64,000 nt of DNA from Candidatus Multivoradales bacterium (GCA_965248055.1 CBDFIJ010000004.1:2240001-2304000); one strand, 5' to 3'. Positions 1 through 10,930 are shown, counted from the first letter of the stretch. The notes: a model not told the origin generated them from the letters alone. A program made the numbers and translations.

Positions 1-1329
1 GGTTGCACGGTTGACCGTGACGTTGGTCCCCGAACCACCGAGCTTTTCTTGCGCGGAAGTGAAGACCGATCCAGGAGCAAAAGAGACATCGTTACGAGGT
101 GCCTGATTCTTCGGAGTTTGATTGCGATCTGCTTCATGGTCGGTAAAGGCAACCTCTAATGCGGTGGAACCCCAAACGCGGTTGTATCCAACGCTGTAGC
201 GCTCACCACCTCGTTCACGGGTGAAGTCGGCTGCGTTAGGAATATCCCGATCAAAACTGGCATCGCGATCAACTGGGTCGGTCAAGAAAGTACCAGAGAG
301 GACATCGCTATCGGTGAGCGCCCAGGTTGCTTTGAAGAAGCCCTGATCAGCACTCTCGGTAGCTGTGCGCAGAAGCTGGCCTTGTTCGTTGGCCACGTCA
401 CGCTCTTGTTCGACCTTGCGAAAACTTCCAAAAAACCAAGCCTTGTCCCGGGTGATCGGGCCACCCAAGGTGGCGGCTGCGTCAAAGGTCGAGAAGGTTT
501 CGTCTGCGAAGTGCTCGTTGTCACCGACCAAGCTATCGTTTTGTAGGTAGTAGTTAACCGATCCTGAGAACTGGTTACCACCACTCTTGGTGACAACGTT
601 CGAGATCAGTCCCGGGGAGCCGACAAATTCGGCCGGGATTGCACCAGTGAGCACACTCTGCTCCTGGATGATCTCGGAGTTGAGATCGGCGCCAGCGATG
701 CCATCTGTGCGGTCGGTGGTATTGATGCCGTCAAAATAATAGAGATTGTCACTGGAACGTCCAACGTCGCCGCCTTCACGGTCGGCGTCACGGTAGTTGA
801 CGCCGGAACGAGAGGCAGGATTGTCGGAATCGCCCAAGGTGGCTTGCACGCCAGGCACCAACTGTAGGTATCCGGTATAGCTACGGGCGGTCGGTAAAGA
901 CTCGGTCAACTGCAGGGTAATGTTCTGCCCCGCTTGGGTCTTGGTGACGTCAACGAGTGGTGCTTCGGCGACGACGATTAATTCGTCGGAAACCGAGACT
1001 CCGCCCAGGGTGACCGTGAGGGACTGTGTTTGTCCAGCCTGCACAATAACGCTGTTCACAGTTTGGTCGGCAAACCCGTCGAGTACGATCGTGACCACAT
1101 AATTGGTGGCCGGGGCGAGCGCAACAACCGACACTTTGCCGGTTCCGTCGGTTACCACAGTGCGGCGGGTGAGGGTCTCGTCTGAAGCAACACTCACCGA
1201 AGCACCGGGCAATCCGGTGCCGTCGGTATCGGCCACAGAGACGTCGATACTCCCGTTTTGTGCTTGACCAAAAGCCGCCGGTGAAACCAGCAGAAAGGCC
1301 ATCGCAGTAAAGATTAGAACTCTTCGCAT
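1..1329 (-). CDS. TonB-dependent receptor, Oar-like (5' part; runs off the window start)
   Basis: Translated by hand: AGGAG RBS, then MRRVLIFTAMAFLLVSPAAFGQAQNG...NLYYFDGIN...VVTKSGGNQFSGS...TLGGPITRDKAWFF. Colinear paralog of 1919-4987. Confidence 0.9.
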   Translation of the reverse strand, partial: MRRVLIFTAMAFLLVSPAAFGQAQNGSIDVSVADTDGTGLPGASVSVASDETLTRRTVVTDGTGKVSVVALAPATNYVVTIVLDGFADQTVNSVIVQAGQTQSLTVTLGGVSVSDELIVVAEAPLVDVTKTQAGQNITLQLTESLPTARSYTGYLQLVPGVQATLGDSDNPASRSGVNYRDADREGGDVGRSSDNLYYFDGINTTDRTDGIAGADLNSEIIQEQSVLTGAIPAEFVGSPGLISNVVTKSGGNQFSGSVNYYLQNDSLVGDNEHFADETFSTFDAAATLGGPITRDKAWFFGSFRKVEQERDVANEQGQLLRTATESADQGFFKATWALTDSDVLSGTFLTDPVDRDASFDRDIPNAADFTRERGGERYSVGYNRVWGSTALEVAFTDHEADRNQTPKNQAPRNDVSFAPGSVFTSAQEKLGGSGTNVTVNRAT

Positions 1330-1845
1330 CCAGTTCTCCTTCTGACATGTAGGTTAAGAGGAAACATTTCCTGTCCAAAAAAGCTGCAAAGGGTAGACCA
1401 TCATTTCTGTTAGCTGCTAATAGCTTCGGCTTTGTATCTAACAGTTTTCGTTCGCTAGTCTTGACCGCAAATAATGGCGTTCGATTTGTCTGTCGAATGC
1501 CATCCGGAACCACTCTCAGGGCGTCCGCCGCACGTCAAGACATAGGAACTTAAATTCCGTGTAATCAATGCTTAGCGAGATTAGCGATTCCCTGCTCAGG
1601 GTAGCCGATAGTTCGATGAGAGACCTACCTTGATCTTCAATACGAACTGGGTTGGCGTGTAGAGGTGCCCAATCTGTGCTCCTGAATTTTGAGCGCACCG
1701 GGGGGCGGGAGCAGGTTTCCCGTCAGTCGCCCATCAGCCAATCCAGTCCAATGGACCAATGTGTTCAATATCTTGAAGTGAAGGCAATATAAAGAAACGT
1801 TTTAGCGCTATGGAAGTGGGTGTGCTGTGGCAGTGCCTCAGCGAC

Positions 1846-1878
1846 AAAAAGAAAAGGCCCTCCGTTGGGAGGACCTTT
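1846..1878 (-). terminator. Intrinsic terminator after the upstream TonB receptor
   Basis: Minus strand AAAGGTCCTCC-CAAC-GGAGGGCCTTT followed by TCTTTTT. Confidence 0.8.
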
Positions 1879-1918
1879 CGTCGGCCTTGCTGGAGGCCGA
1901 GTTAACTCGGGCGCGGGG

Positions 1919-4900
1919 CTAGAAGCGTAGTCGCGCTCCGAGGAAAAACCGGCGTGGCTGGACGAAGTCGATACCGTCGCGGAAGTTGAAGCCGTCACCA
2001 CCAGTTTCGATGGTTTGCACCCGAATCAACGCCTGGTCATCCAGCACGTTAAAGACATCGACGAAGAAGTCCACCTCGCGACTGTTCGCAAGAGTCCACA
2101 AGTAAGACACACGGGCGTCGAGAATCCCGTACGACTCGCCCTCGAAAAACCCCAGCGCGTCGTCGGCAATCCAGAGATCGGCGAATGGTCCGTTCTGACC
2201 GGTGAAGCCGTTGGAGGCGAATGGCGTGTTGGTCCACGCCGGGATGGTGCGGTCGAAGGATTGGCCTGAGTTGCGATTGAGGGTGACCCCGGAGTTCCAC
2301 CGGTAGCTGCCACCGACCTGGAAGCCGTTGTCCCAGTTGTAAGAACTATGGACCTTGAACAGCTGCTCCACTAAGCCGGGCTGGGTACCGGTGCGGTTGG
2401 GCGCGCGCGGATCGAGTGGAAACACGTCGCCAGCACCGTCGAAGTTGCCGTCCGAATTGGAGTTGCCCTCGGCGTCGGCGTAGTTATAAGAAGCCAGCAG
2501 TTGCCAATTGTCGCTGTAGCGCTTACGGAATACTAACTCCAGCCCCTGGTAGTCACGAAAAGCCTCCGAAGGTAGGGAACCGATCAAGAAGTTGAAGTTA
2601 GTGGGGATATCACTGAAGCTGTCGAAGCCAAAGAAATTTGCACCCAGGAACAACGAGTTGGGATCGTTGAGGTCACCGCCGTTGCCGGTGTATTGTGCTG
2701 GATCGAAGTAAATCGCACCGTAGTCCTCGGCTATGCTGGCGGTCTCTCGGTCGATCAGGTTGATCTCAAACATCATGTTGTTACCGAGGTCCTGCTTGTA
2801 CTGGAGCTGGATCTCTTCGGTGACGGGAGTTTCGATTTTTGGTGAAAAGGAGCCGTCAATGGTCTCGATACCACCGCGATCGCGAAACTTGACCCAGTCC
2901 GCCAGTGCGTCGACAAAGACTTCCTCGGCGAAAACGTTGCCGGACTTTGAGCCGGCAAAGTCAATCGCGTTGTCGCGGAAGGCGTCGTAATACTCACCGT
3001 AGAACAAGCCAACACTGCTGCGACCATCACCCTTTACGTCGTATGCGATGCTGATCCGTGGAGCGACCTCAGTGTCCCAGGTGCCGATGTCCTGGCCCAG
3101 ATCGTCCAAGAAGGTGGTGTCCTCAGCGCGCAGTCCAGCGTTGATACTCCACCTGTTCCTTTGCCAGGAATCTTGAATGAAGTATTGCTTTGACTCTGAC
3201 CCCTTCTTTGAAGTTCCTGCCTGGGTCTGAAGATCCCGCGTGTAATTGATTTGACCGTGTGGGTTGCCGGCGGTCGACGCGAAGGTCATGTTGTTGGTGA
3301 TTTCCGCGTTGTCGAGAACACCGTTTTTGTTGTTGTCCCACAGACCAAGTAGAGTCGCCGTCTGGCCAGCGGTGAGGAACCCGCGGAAGCCCTCTAACTC
3401 GTCGGGTGAGGCACCAAAATCTACTTGCGAGTAATTGGCTGCCGCACAGGCTCCAGTGACTTCGCATAGAACAATCGGAGTGCCCAGGCCGCGCGCTGAG
3501 AGGGAAAAATAGGTGGCGGGGGGACTACCATTGGTAAGTCTCTGCTCTGCCAGTCCGCTGTCGGCGTTGTTGATGCCGAATTTGAGAGAGTGATCACCCC
3601 AACTGGTGTCAAACAGGTACTCCAGCGAGCTGCGAGTTGATTCGGTACTGCGCAGATCGAGACTGCTAATACCGGCTCCACCAATGTTGGCTTGAGCGGA
3701 AGTAAATACCTCACCGGGCGCGAACAGGATCTCGTTTTGGGCGTCCAAATTGATTGGAAATTCGTTGGTATCTGCCTCGTGATCGGTAAACCCTAACTCT
3801 AGCGCCGCCGAACCCCAGACTCGGTTATAAGAGATCGAGTACCGCTCGCCGCCTCTTTCGAAGGTTGCGTCAGCGGTGTTCGGGATCGTCCGACTGAAGC
3901 TCCCTGTGTCGTCACGGGGATCGGTGAGATAGATCCCAGTCAACAAATCGCTGTCGGTGATCGCCCAGCTTAGTTTGCCGAAAGCCTGATCTTCATCTCG
4001 TTTGACGGTACGAAGGAACTGGCCCTGCTCGTTAACTAAGCTGCGTTCGGTATCGAGCACGCGAAAACTGGCAAAGAACCAAGCTTTGTCGCGCGCAATC
4101 GGACCACCCAAAGTGAAGGCGGTGTCGAAGGTGTCGAAGCCATCGTCGGCGAAGTGCTCGTCATCTGAGACTAGATTGTCGTCCTGAAAGTAGTAGTTGA
4201 GTGAGCCGGAAAATGCGTTCCCGCCGCTCTTGGTCACCACATTGGAGACCAAGCCGGGAACGCCGACGAATTCCGCCGGAATGGCGCCGGTAATAACACT
4301 CTGCTCTTGGATGATCTCGGTGTTGATATTGGCACCGTTGGTTCCCAAAGAACGGTCGGTGACGTTGATGCCGTCGAAGTAATAGAGATTGTCACTGGAA
4401 CGACCGACGCCACCCTCGGTTCCGGCGGCATCGCCCTTTTTTCGATCGCGATAGTTGATGCCGCTGCGAGACGCAGGGTTGTCGGATTCGCCGATCGCGT
4501 CCTGAACGCCCGGGACCAGCTGCAAGTAACTCTGATAGGTGCGAGCGGTTGGCAGGGACTCGGTGAGCTGTAAGGTGATGTCCTGCCCAGCTTGGGTCTT
4601 GCTGACGTCCACCAAGGGCGCTTCGGCGACAACAATCAGTTCGTCGGTGATGGATGCACCGGCGAGGCGAACTTCAATCGACTGTGATTGACCGGCGCGC
4701 ACCACTACTTGGCTGATCGTTTGAGAGGCGAAATTGTCCAAGTTGACCGTGACCACATAGTTAGTGGCCGGGTCCAAAGAAACAATGCGCGCTCGACCGG
4801 CGTCATCGGAAACCACACTTCTCCGAGTCAGGGTTTCGTCAGAAGAAACGCTGACCGTGGCACCCGGTAAGGGGCTGCCGTTGGCGTCGGTAACCGTGAC

Positions 4901-4987
4901 ATCCACGGTTCCGCGTTGGGCTTGGCTAAACGCTACCGGGGAACCCAGTAGCAAGGCCGCTGTCACAAACATCAGAACTCTACGCAT
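1919..4987 (-). CDS. TonB-dependent receptor, Oar-like, with N-terminal carboxypeptidase-regulatory-like domain
   Basis: AAGGAG RBS before ATG 4987; signal peptide; TKSGGN and TLGGPI motifs; C-terminal PRRFFLGARLRF beta-signal. Confidence 0.93.
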   Translation of the reverse strand: MRRVLMFVTAALLLGSPVAFSQAQRGTVDVTVTDANGSPLPGATVSVSSDETLTRRSVVSDDAGRARIVSLDPATNYVVTVNLDNFASQTISQVVVRAGQSQSIEVRLAGASITDELIVVAEAPLVDVSKTQAGQDITLQLTESLPTARTYQSYLQLVPGVQDAIGESDNPASRSGINYRDRKKGDAAGTEGGVGRSSDNLYYFDGINVTDRSLGTNGANINTEIIQEQSVITGAIPAEFVGVPGLVSNVVTKSGGNAFSGSLNYYFQDDNLVSDDEHFADDGFDTFDTAFTLGGPIARDKAWFFASFRVLDTERSLVNEQGQFLRTVKRDEDQAFGKLSWAITDSDLLTGIYLTDPRDDTGSFSRTIPNTADATFERGGERYSISYNRVWGSAALELGFTDHEADTNEFPINLDAQNEILFAPGEVFTSAQANIGGAGISSLDLRSTESTRSSLEYLFDTSWGDHSLKFGINNADSGLAEQRLTNGSPPATYFSLSARGLGTPIVLCEVTGACAAANYSQVDFGASPDELEGFRGFLTAGQTATLLGLWDNNKNGVLDNAEITNNMTFASTAGNPHGQINYTRDLQTQAGTSKKGSESKQYFIQDSWQRNRWSINAGLRAEDTTFLDDLGQDIGTWDTEVAPRISIAYDVKGDGRSSVGLFYGEYYDAFRDNAIDFAGSKSGNVFAEEVFVDALADWVKFRDRGGIETIDGSFSPKIETPVTEEIQLQYKQDLGNNMMFEINLIDRETASIAEDYGAIYFDPAQYTGNGGDLNDPNSLFLGANFFGFDSFSDIPTNFNFLIGSLPSEAFRDYQGLELVFRKRYSDNWQLLASYNYADAEGNSNSDGNFDGAGDVFPLDPRAPNRTGTQPGLVEQLFKVHSSYNWDNGFQVGGSYRWNSGVTLNRNSGQSFDRTIPAWTNTPFASNGFTGQNGPFADLWIADDALGFFEGESYGILDARVSYLWTLANSREVDFFVDVFNVLDDQALIRVQTIETGGDGFNFRDGIDFVQPRRFFLGARLRF

Positions 4988-5482
4988 TCTGTCTCCTTTA
5001 ATCGTTGGTTGCGCCGCATGCCGCCAAGAAGTGCAAGGTGCAATCCAGAGACGAAGCCAGCGACCGTTAAGGAGAAGGTTCGAGCTTAGTGTACTCCTGA
5101 GAGTCGGGCGAATAGGCCCAAACATATTGTGTTGTGGGTGTCGACTCTGCTAGCGAAGCGATCTTTCGATAGGCCCGAAAGATATGGTTGTAAGTTGTTT
5201 TTCTTCAATCCTTTGAAAGTGTTGCTTGTGCCCGGTTAAGGGGTGTTGTTTATGCCGCTAGGTGGACGGCGACCATGCTTGGTGAACCCAGGTGTTTGCG
5301 GGGGGGCTTCGCGCGAGAAACAAGTCTGAGAAAGACTGACACCGCGTGAGAGCACGCAGTGCAATTTGCTTCCCGATGCTTCCTCTTAATTTCTTATATT
5401 TAAGGGGATTGTTGGCATTTCAATCGATTGGACTGGGCACTCCAGTTGGTTGAATCTTTGCCGCGCATCTGAGCGCAAAGAG

Positions 5483-6892
5483 TCAGGAACAAGACCGATC
5501 AAGCGCCGAGATCCGGGCGGCGGCTGGGGAACCCGGTGCCGATTTGAGCGATCGGCAGTAGTACCCGACCGCAGCCTCAATTCGACCTCGGCCTTCCGCG
5601 GCAAGGCCCAAGAAAAAGAAAGCCTGGGGGTTTACTGGGTCGATTGCGAGTGCAGCCTCAAAATGGGTTACTGCAGCTTCCAACACTCCGCTTTGGGCCA
5701 AAGCGTTGCCCCAATCGTTGTGTGCTGAAGCGGTAGTTAGTACCCCTAACGCAGCGGTTGTTTCAAAAGTGGAGATTGCCGGAGCTAGCTGAGCAGTTTG
5801 CATCAGAGCTCTTCCCAACAGCCAGCCGGCGTCCGGGTCATCTGGGGTCAGTCGAACCGCGGCTTCGAGATGGGGGATGGCAGCGGTGGTCTCCTGTTGG
5901 TCCAGATACAACGAAGCGAGTCGAACCCGACTATCGACCGACTCCGGGTTCAATTCAACGGCCCGTTGAAGATAGTGACCAACCTTAGAAATTTCGCCGA
6001 GATTGCCATAAGCGACCGCCAGTTGAAGATGTGCCTCGGCGTTGGAGGGGCTCAGTTCTATGACTTTGTTCAAGCCAATGACCGCCTGTTCATTGTTGCC
6101 GTTTTCCAGAAAACTCTTTGCCCGCTCCCAGATTTGGATCGAACTCAGTCCCTCAGCCACCACTTGGCCCATCAATGGATCCGCAAAGAGGTTGTAGCTG
6201 GCGGCATCGCGCGCTCTGGTCGCGATCTTGCGTGCTTGATCAGTCCTTCCTTGTCTCATATAAACCTGACCGAGAGTCGACAACGCCTGACCGTGACGCG
6301 GCGATTTGTTGAGCACAGTCTCGAGGAGATTAGCCGCGGAGTCTAACTCCCCCGAGGCCAGTCGAACTTGGGCCAGGGCGACCCGTGCTGGCTGCAGAGC
6401 TGGCTCCAAATCCAGTGCCCGTTGGAGATTCTGAGCGGCCTCGCCGGGGTTGTTCCGCGAGATTAAGACGTTACCCAACCGCATGTGAGCGGGCGCGTAG
6501 TCTGGATGAAGCTGCATGAAGGAGCGAAAAGACTTTTCTGCCGACTCCAGATCGGTTCCTAGGATGCTCAACACGTCGCCGAGAAAGTAGGGCCAACGCT
6601 CGTCGTTGGGGTCAAGGTCTCGGGCGTTCCGGTAGGCGATCTCCGCCTCGTCCAGCAACTCGTGGGCGTGAGCCACCATGCCAAAGCGACCCCATGCTTC
6701 CGCTGATGTTGGCTGAGCTTTAATTTCGCTGGCCAGCTCGCGCAACCGATTGGCAACCTGGATCTCCATGGTGGACAGCTCGGGGAGTGGCACTTGGTTG
6801 GTAGCAGTTTCTTCTGATGTGCCGGAGTCTTGGCAGGCCACAGCGCCGACCAGTAACGCGAGCAAGGCCCGGTGGAGGAGTGCCAGCTTCAC
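5483..6892 (-). CDS. TPR-repeat lipoprotein
   Basis: Lipobox GAVAC; many TPR-like repeats; start overlaps the stop of the upstream gene. Confidence 0.88.
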   Translation of the reverse strand: MKLALLHRALLALLVGAVACQDSGTSEETATNQVPLPELSTMEIQVANRLRELASEIKAQPTSAEAWGRFGMVAHAHELLDEAEIAYRNARDLDPNDERWPYFLGDVLSILGTDLESAEKSFRSFMQLHPDYAPAHMRLGNVLISRNNPGEAAQNLQRALDLEPALQPARVALAQVRLASGELDSAANLLETVLNKSPRHGQALSTLGQVYMRQGRTDQARKIATRARDAASYNLFADPLMGQVVAEGLSSIQIWERAKSFLENGNNEQAVIGLNKVIELSPSNAEAHLQLAVAYGNLGEISKVGHYLQRAVELNPESVDSRVRLASLYLDQQETTAAIPHLEAAVRLTPDDPDAGWLLGRALMQTAQLAPAISTFETTAALGVLTTASAHNDWGNALAQSGVLEAAVTHFEAALAIDPVNPQAFFFLGLAAEGRGRIEAAVGYYCRSLKSAPGSPAAARISALDRSCS

Positions 6893-8619
6893 CCTCCCTC
6901 TCCTCGGACCAAGGTTGTCACCTGGTCTACAGAGATACCCGAGAAGGATTCTTCCAGGCCATCGGGCCAGCGCACCAAGACCGAAACATCCTCTGAGTGA
7001 TCACCCAGGCCAAAATGAGCCCGTGGATCGCTACTTGAGAGATAGCTCATGGCGCCTTGAATGGTTCTCTGCTGGCGCCCGATCGTGGAGGTAACCGTGA
7101 CCCGCGCTCCCAGTGCCCGTCGACCCAGAGTCGGGTCAACCGCGTCGAGAATCAGCCAGTGCCCTTCACCAGGAGTACCGCGCAGGACGCGCGCCGGGCT
7201 CTCAATACCGCTGACGATCAGATCTTGCCCCCCATCGCCGTCGAGATCTCCAACCGCCAATCCTCGACTGACCTCTGCTGCCGCGGTAAAAGCAGCCACG
7301 CCTTGGTTGTCGTCCAACAGTCTAAAACTGCCGTTGGAGTTGAGGTAAACCAAGTTGGGTTCAGCGTATTGATTCCACGGCTCGGGCAGGACATCGGTCA
7401 GCGATTCCCCCCGCGTGACCCGACCATTGGCCACTGCGATGTCGAGGTCGCCGTCCAGGTCGAGGTCGATCGGAGCGACTCCAAAACCGGTAAACGGTGT
7501 GCTTGCGGCCGCCAAACCGACCTTGGTGGTTTGATCTTCGAATCCCATCCCTGCCCCCAGATTGCGATAGAAAGTGTTGGTTTCATCTCGGAGATGGGTG
7601 ACGAACAGGTCGAGATGCGTGTCGCCGTCAAAGTCCGCCGCGACCACACCCATGCCGGCTTCGTGCAGCCCGGCTGCGTTGACGCTGGCGCCCATGATCA
7701 ATCCGTCATCGATAAACTTGCCATCGACTTGGTTGATCCACAGTTGGTTCGGGTCGCCATCGTTGGCGACGTAAATATCGACCCAGCCGTCGTCATTAAA
7801 GTCTTCGCACACCACTCCGAGTCCGGCCCCGGTGACGACGTCGATCCCGGCGCGGTCGGTCACGTTGCGAAAGGTTCCATCGCCACGGTTTTCCAGCAGC
7901 ACATCGGTACGGTCCTCGAAGCCATCAGGACCGCAGTATTCGCGACGTCCGGCGGTGTCAGTACACTGGACATTTGGGTCAAAGACCACGTAACGAACCA
8001 CATAGAGGTCGAGGTAACCGTCGCGGTTGAAATCACAGAATGCGGCGGAGGTCGACCAGTCGTCGTGGTTGGTTCCGGTCGCACTGACGCCTGAGGTCGC
8101 TGAAACGTCAGCGAACGTTCCATCACCGCGCCCTCGATAGAGGTGATCGGGGCCGATGTTGGCGACGAACACGTCTTGGTGTCCGTCATTGTCGACATCG
8201 CCAACCGCTACTCCGGTGCCGTATCCACGGTCATCGAGCCCTGAGGAATCGGTGGTATTCCGGTAGCTGCCGTCGGGCTGGCGGAGAAACAGCTGATTGC
8301 TGGGGCCGTTGTCTGAGTCAGATTGACCGAGTTGCTCCGCTCCATTAATGAAATAGAGGTCCAACCGACCGTCTTCGTTGGCATCCAGGACGGCAACTCC
8401 ACCTCCCATCATTTCGGGAAACACCAAATCACCGCTGGCTCCTGAACTGTGGTTGAAGTCAATACCCCAGTCGGTGGTGACCTCAACCAAGAGTGGAGAT
8501 CGGGCTTCACTTGGGTCTTCAGAATGAATCTCTAAGCTAGCCTCCTCTGGGGAAGACTGTGGCGAGCCACAGCCGAACAGGGTGGCAACGACAATAGCGG
8601 CGACAGATCGCGTCAACAT
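6889..8619 (-). CDS. CRTAC1-family FG-GAP/ASPIC-UnbV lipoprotein
   Basis: Lipobox LFGC; repeated DxDxDGxxDL motifs; C-terminal SYLSSSDPRAHFGLG and VRWPDG. TGnTAGTAT 7 nt before the ATG suggests a leaderless or near-leaderless mRNA. Confidence 0.92.
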   Translation of the reverse strand: MLTRSVAAIVVATLFGCGSPQSSPEEASLEIHSEDPSEARSPLLVEVTTDWGIDFNHSSGASGDLVFPEMMGGGVAVLDANEDGRLDLYFINGAEQLGQSDSDNGPSNQLFLRQPDGSYRNTTDSSGLDDRGYGTGVAVGDVDNDGHQDVFVANIGPDHLYRGRGDGTFADVSATSGVSATGTNHDDWSTSAAFCDFNRDGYLDLYVVRYVVFDPNVQCTDTAGRREYCGPDGFEDRTDVLLENRGDGTFRNVTDRAGIDVVTGAGLGVVCEDFNDDGWVDIYVANDGDPNQLWINQVDGKFIDDGLIMGASVNAAGLHEAGMGVVAADFDGDTHLDLFVTHLRDETNTFYRNLGAGMGFEDQTTKVGLAAASTPFTGFGVAPIDLDLDGDLDIAVANGRVTRGESLTDVLPEPWNQYAEPNLVYLNSNGSFRLLDDNQGVAAFTAAAEVSRGLAVGDLDGDGGQDLIVSGIESPARVLRGTPGEGHWLILDAVDPTLGRRALGARVTVTSTIGRQQRTIQGAMSYLSSSDPRAHFGLGDHSEDVSVLVRWPDGLEESFSGISVDQVTTLVRGEGG

Positions 8620-8716
8620 CGTTCTGATACTAGCAACCCAAGTGTCGTCACCGCAGTGAAGCAGAAGGGTCCGTTACCGACAGAAGACATTCCAGTACAC
8701 TGCCGTACGACTACCG

Positions 8717-9703
8717 ATGCACACCAAGAATGAAATCGTTGCTGTGGCACGTGGTTACTACGCTCTTCCTATCTTGATGGCCCTGGCGAGAGCTGGAATT
8801 GTTGAGCGGATCCTGGAGCAAGGGGTCGATCTTGCGGATCTTAAAGGTAACCAAAGAAACCTCCGTATTTGTTTGGACTATTTGCGCAACCTGGGTTGGT
8901 TGATTCTTGAGGAGGATCACTATCGAGCAACTTCACTGGGAGCGTCTGTTCTACGTAGATGCGGCGCGTTTGGGATCTTGTTTTCTTACCGCCCGTACAT
9001 TGCCAACCTTGATCAACTTCTGTTTGATGACGAGGCGAAAGTTCAGGTCTATCGAGATGAGAATGTGGTTGGTAGCGGAGAAGCGCACGTCCGTAAATAT
9101 TTTTCTCGCACTGCCGAATTTCTTGCTGCCTCCGAAGCCCAGTATGTACTGGATGTCGGTTGTGGCGATGGCACCTTCTTGAATTATTGTCGAGAGGTGA
9201 GACCGGACATTGGCCTCATTGGTGTGGATTATTCTGAACGCGCCTTGGAGGTTACTCGTAATAACCTTGACGCAGAAGCCATCTTGTTTCAGGGGAACGT
9301 TTCAGAGCCGGAAGTTACCTTGGAAAAATTACACCGTCGCGGCATAGATCCAGCGGAGATTCTGGTTTCAGTCTGGTTTATCTTTCACGAAGTGTTGGGC
9401 ATGGAGGGAATCGACTTGGCTGCCATGCTCCGAGGGTACAAAGAGCTTTCCCCTGAGCACGGGATGATTGTTGGTGAAATCTTCGATATTCCGCATGAAG
9501 TGCTGGCAGAGCACCACAACGAGATTGCGATCCCCGAATTCAATTTGTTCCACGACTTGTCGGGCCAAAAGCTCTTCACTCGAGATGCATGGCAAGAAGC
9601 TATTGCGGTTTCGGGGTTTGCGACCGGTAACTTTATTGGCTTGGATGTCTTGCCTTGGAAAGAAACTGAGTACTTCGGGTCGGCAATCTGGTTCTTGAAG
9701 TAG
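8717..9703 (+). CDS. Class I SAM-dependent methyltransferase with N-terminal winged-helix region
   Basis: VLDVGCGDG motif I and GVDYS motif II; substrate unknown. Confidence 0.85.
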   Translation: MHTKNEIVAVARGYYALPILMALARAGIVERILEQGVDLADLKGNQRNLRICLDYLRNLGWLILEEDHYRATSLGASVLRRCGAFGILFSYRPYIANLDQLLFDDEAKVQVYRDENVVGSGEAHVRKYFSRTAEFLAASEAQYVLDVGCGDGTFLNYCREVRPDIGLIGVDYSERALEVTRNNLDAEAILFQGNVSEPEVTLEKLHRRGIDPAEILVSVWFIFHEVLGMEGIDLAAMLRGYKELSPEHGMIVGEIFDIPHEVLAEHHNEIAIPEFNLFHDLSGQKLFTRDAWQEAIAVSGFATGNFIGLDVLPWKETEYFGSAIWFLK

Positions 9704-9716
9704 TAGCCAAAGGCGA

Positions 9717-10919
9717 CTAACCGCCAACGATCATGCCGGTCAGGTACATCACGGCAAAGCCGGTGGCGAGTCCGGCAAAGATAGGTCGACTGGTGAGAAA
9801 CGGAAGCAGTTCTCGGCCCCCAGCCATGCCGCGACCGATCTGCGGTACAACCTGAGCAATCGCTCCTGCTCCAATCGCCAAAAAGATCATCGACCAGAAG
9901 GTTGAGTAGACCAAGCCGCCAATCCAGGCACCGAGAATGGTCGGTGCGCCAGCCAGTAGGCCAAGCCATAGCAGTCGAGGCCAGTGGGTCTTTTCCTTGC
10001 TCAAGGGCGAGACGATGGCCAGTCCTTCGGTGGTGTTATGTAGCGCAAAGCCGACGATCAACAGAGTGCCCAAGGCGACTTCTCCGAGACGAAAAGCAGC
10101 CCCGATAGCGAGTCCTTCCCCAAGGTTGTGCAAGCCGATTGCGATCGCCATCAGCAGAGCGCTGGTCCAGGCTGGTTTGCCCCAGGCTCCCGACTCGCCT
10201 TGCCTGGAGGTCGTGCGCTGGCGCAGCCAGGCGCCAAGCGATTCGATCGCCAAGAAGGCCAGCCCACTGACCAAGACAAAAGCCACGATGCCTTGGTATG
10301 AAGACGCCAGTTCATGCGCTGTCTCCAGGCCGTCTTCGACCGTGTCAACAAACAAGAACAGCAGCAACCCGATGGTCAAAGCGAGCACGAATTCCAAGCC
10401 GCTGCGGCCCAGTCGTCGCACCAAAGGCAGCCAGAGGATGCCCAGGGCCACCGGCAGGACCCCAACGTAGATTCCGATCAAGGCGAATAGGCCGAGGAAC
10501 CGAGCGTTGGCGGTTGGCGTTTCTAGCGCTACGTCGATGGTGTGGTCAAAAGTGACTCCCGAAGCGGTGACCAGGACCAATTCATGGGCTTCCCCCTCGA
10601 CCCACGGATAGGGGACGGAAAGAGTGGCGCGGTCCAAGTGTGCCAGCGGACCGGGAGGGCTCTGGTGAAAAGCCCAATAGGCCTCGTCAACCATCACTTG
10701 GGCAATGGTGATCGGATCGGGACCGTCGTTGACCACCGAGAACTCGATCATCTCTGGTTTGAGGGTGGTGCTTTGAAACGCTAGCAGTTCGATCGGCGGC
10801 GCGTCACCACGCAGTGTTCCGTCGATGTCAGATTTGACCAACCAAGTGATCAGTGCGGCTAACAGCAGCAGCGGTATCAAGGCCAACAAAAAGGTCGTGC
10901 TCTTGCTAGATTCGCTCAT
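9717..10919 (-). CDS. ZIP-family metal transporter with extra N-terminal extracytoplasmic domain
   Basis: LHNLGEG and LHNTTEG ZIP signature helices. Confidence 0.9.
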   Translation of the reverse strand: MSESSKSTTFLLALIPLLLLAALITWLVKSDIDGTLRGDAPPIELLAFQSTTLKPEMIEFSVVNDGPDPITIAQVMVDEAYWAFHQSPPGPLAHLDRATLSVPYPWVEGEAHELVLVTASGVTFDHTIDVALETPTANARFLGLFALIGIYVGVLPVALGILWLPLVRRLGRSGLEFVLALTIGLLLFLFVDTVEDGLETAHELASSYQGIVAFVLVSGLAFLAIESLGAWLRQRTTSRQGESGAWGKPAWTSALLMAIAIGLHNLGEGLAIGAAFRLGEVALGTLLIVGFALHNTTEGLAIVSPLSKEKTHWPRLLWLGLLAGAPTILGAWIGGLVYSTFWSMIFLAIGAGAIAQVVPQIGRGMAGGRELLPFLTSRPIFAGLATGFAVMYLTGMIVGG

Positions 10920-10930
10920 GACGCCACTTC

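Noticed and set aside
7057-8094. Long antisense ORFs (also 24887-25642, 21579-22214 and others)
   Set aside because: Shadow ORFs opposite well-supported genes, with no recognisable motifs.
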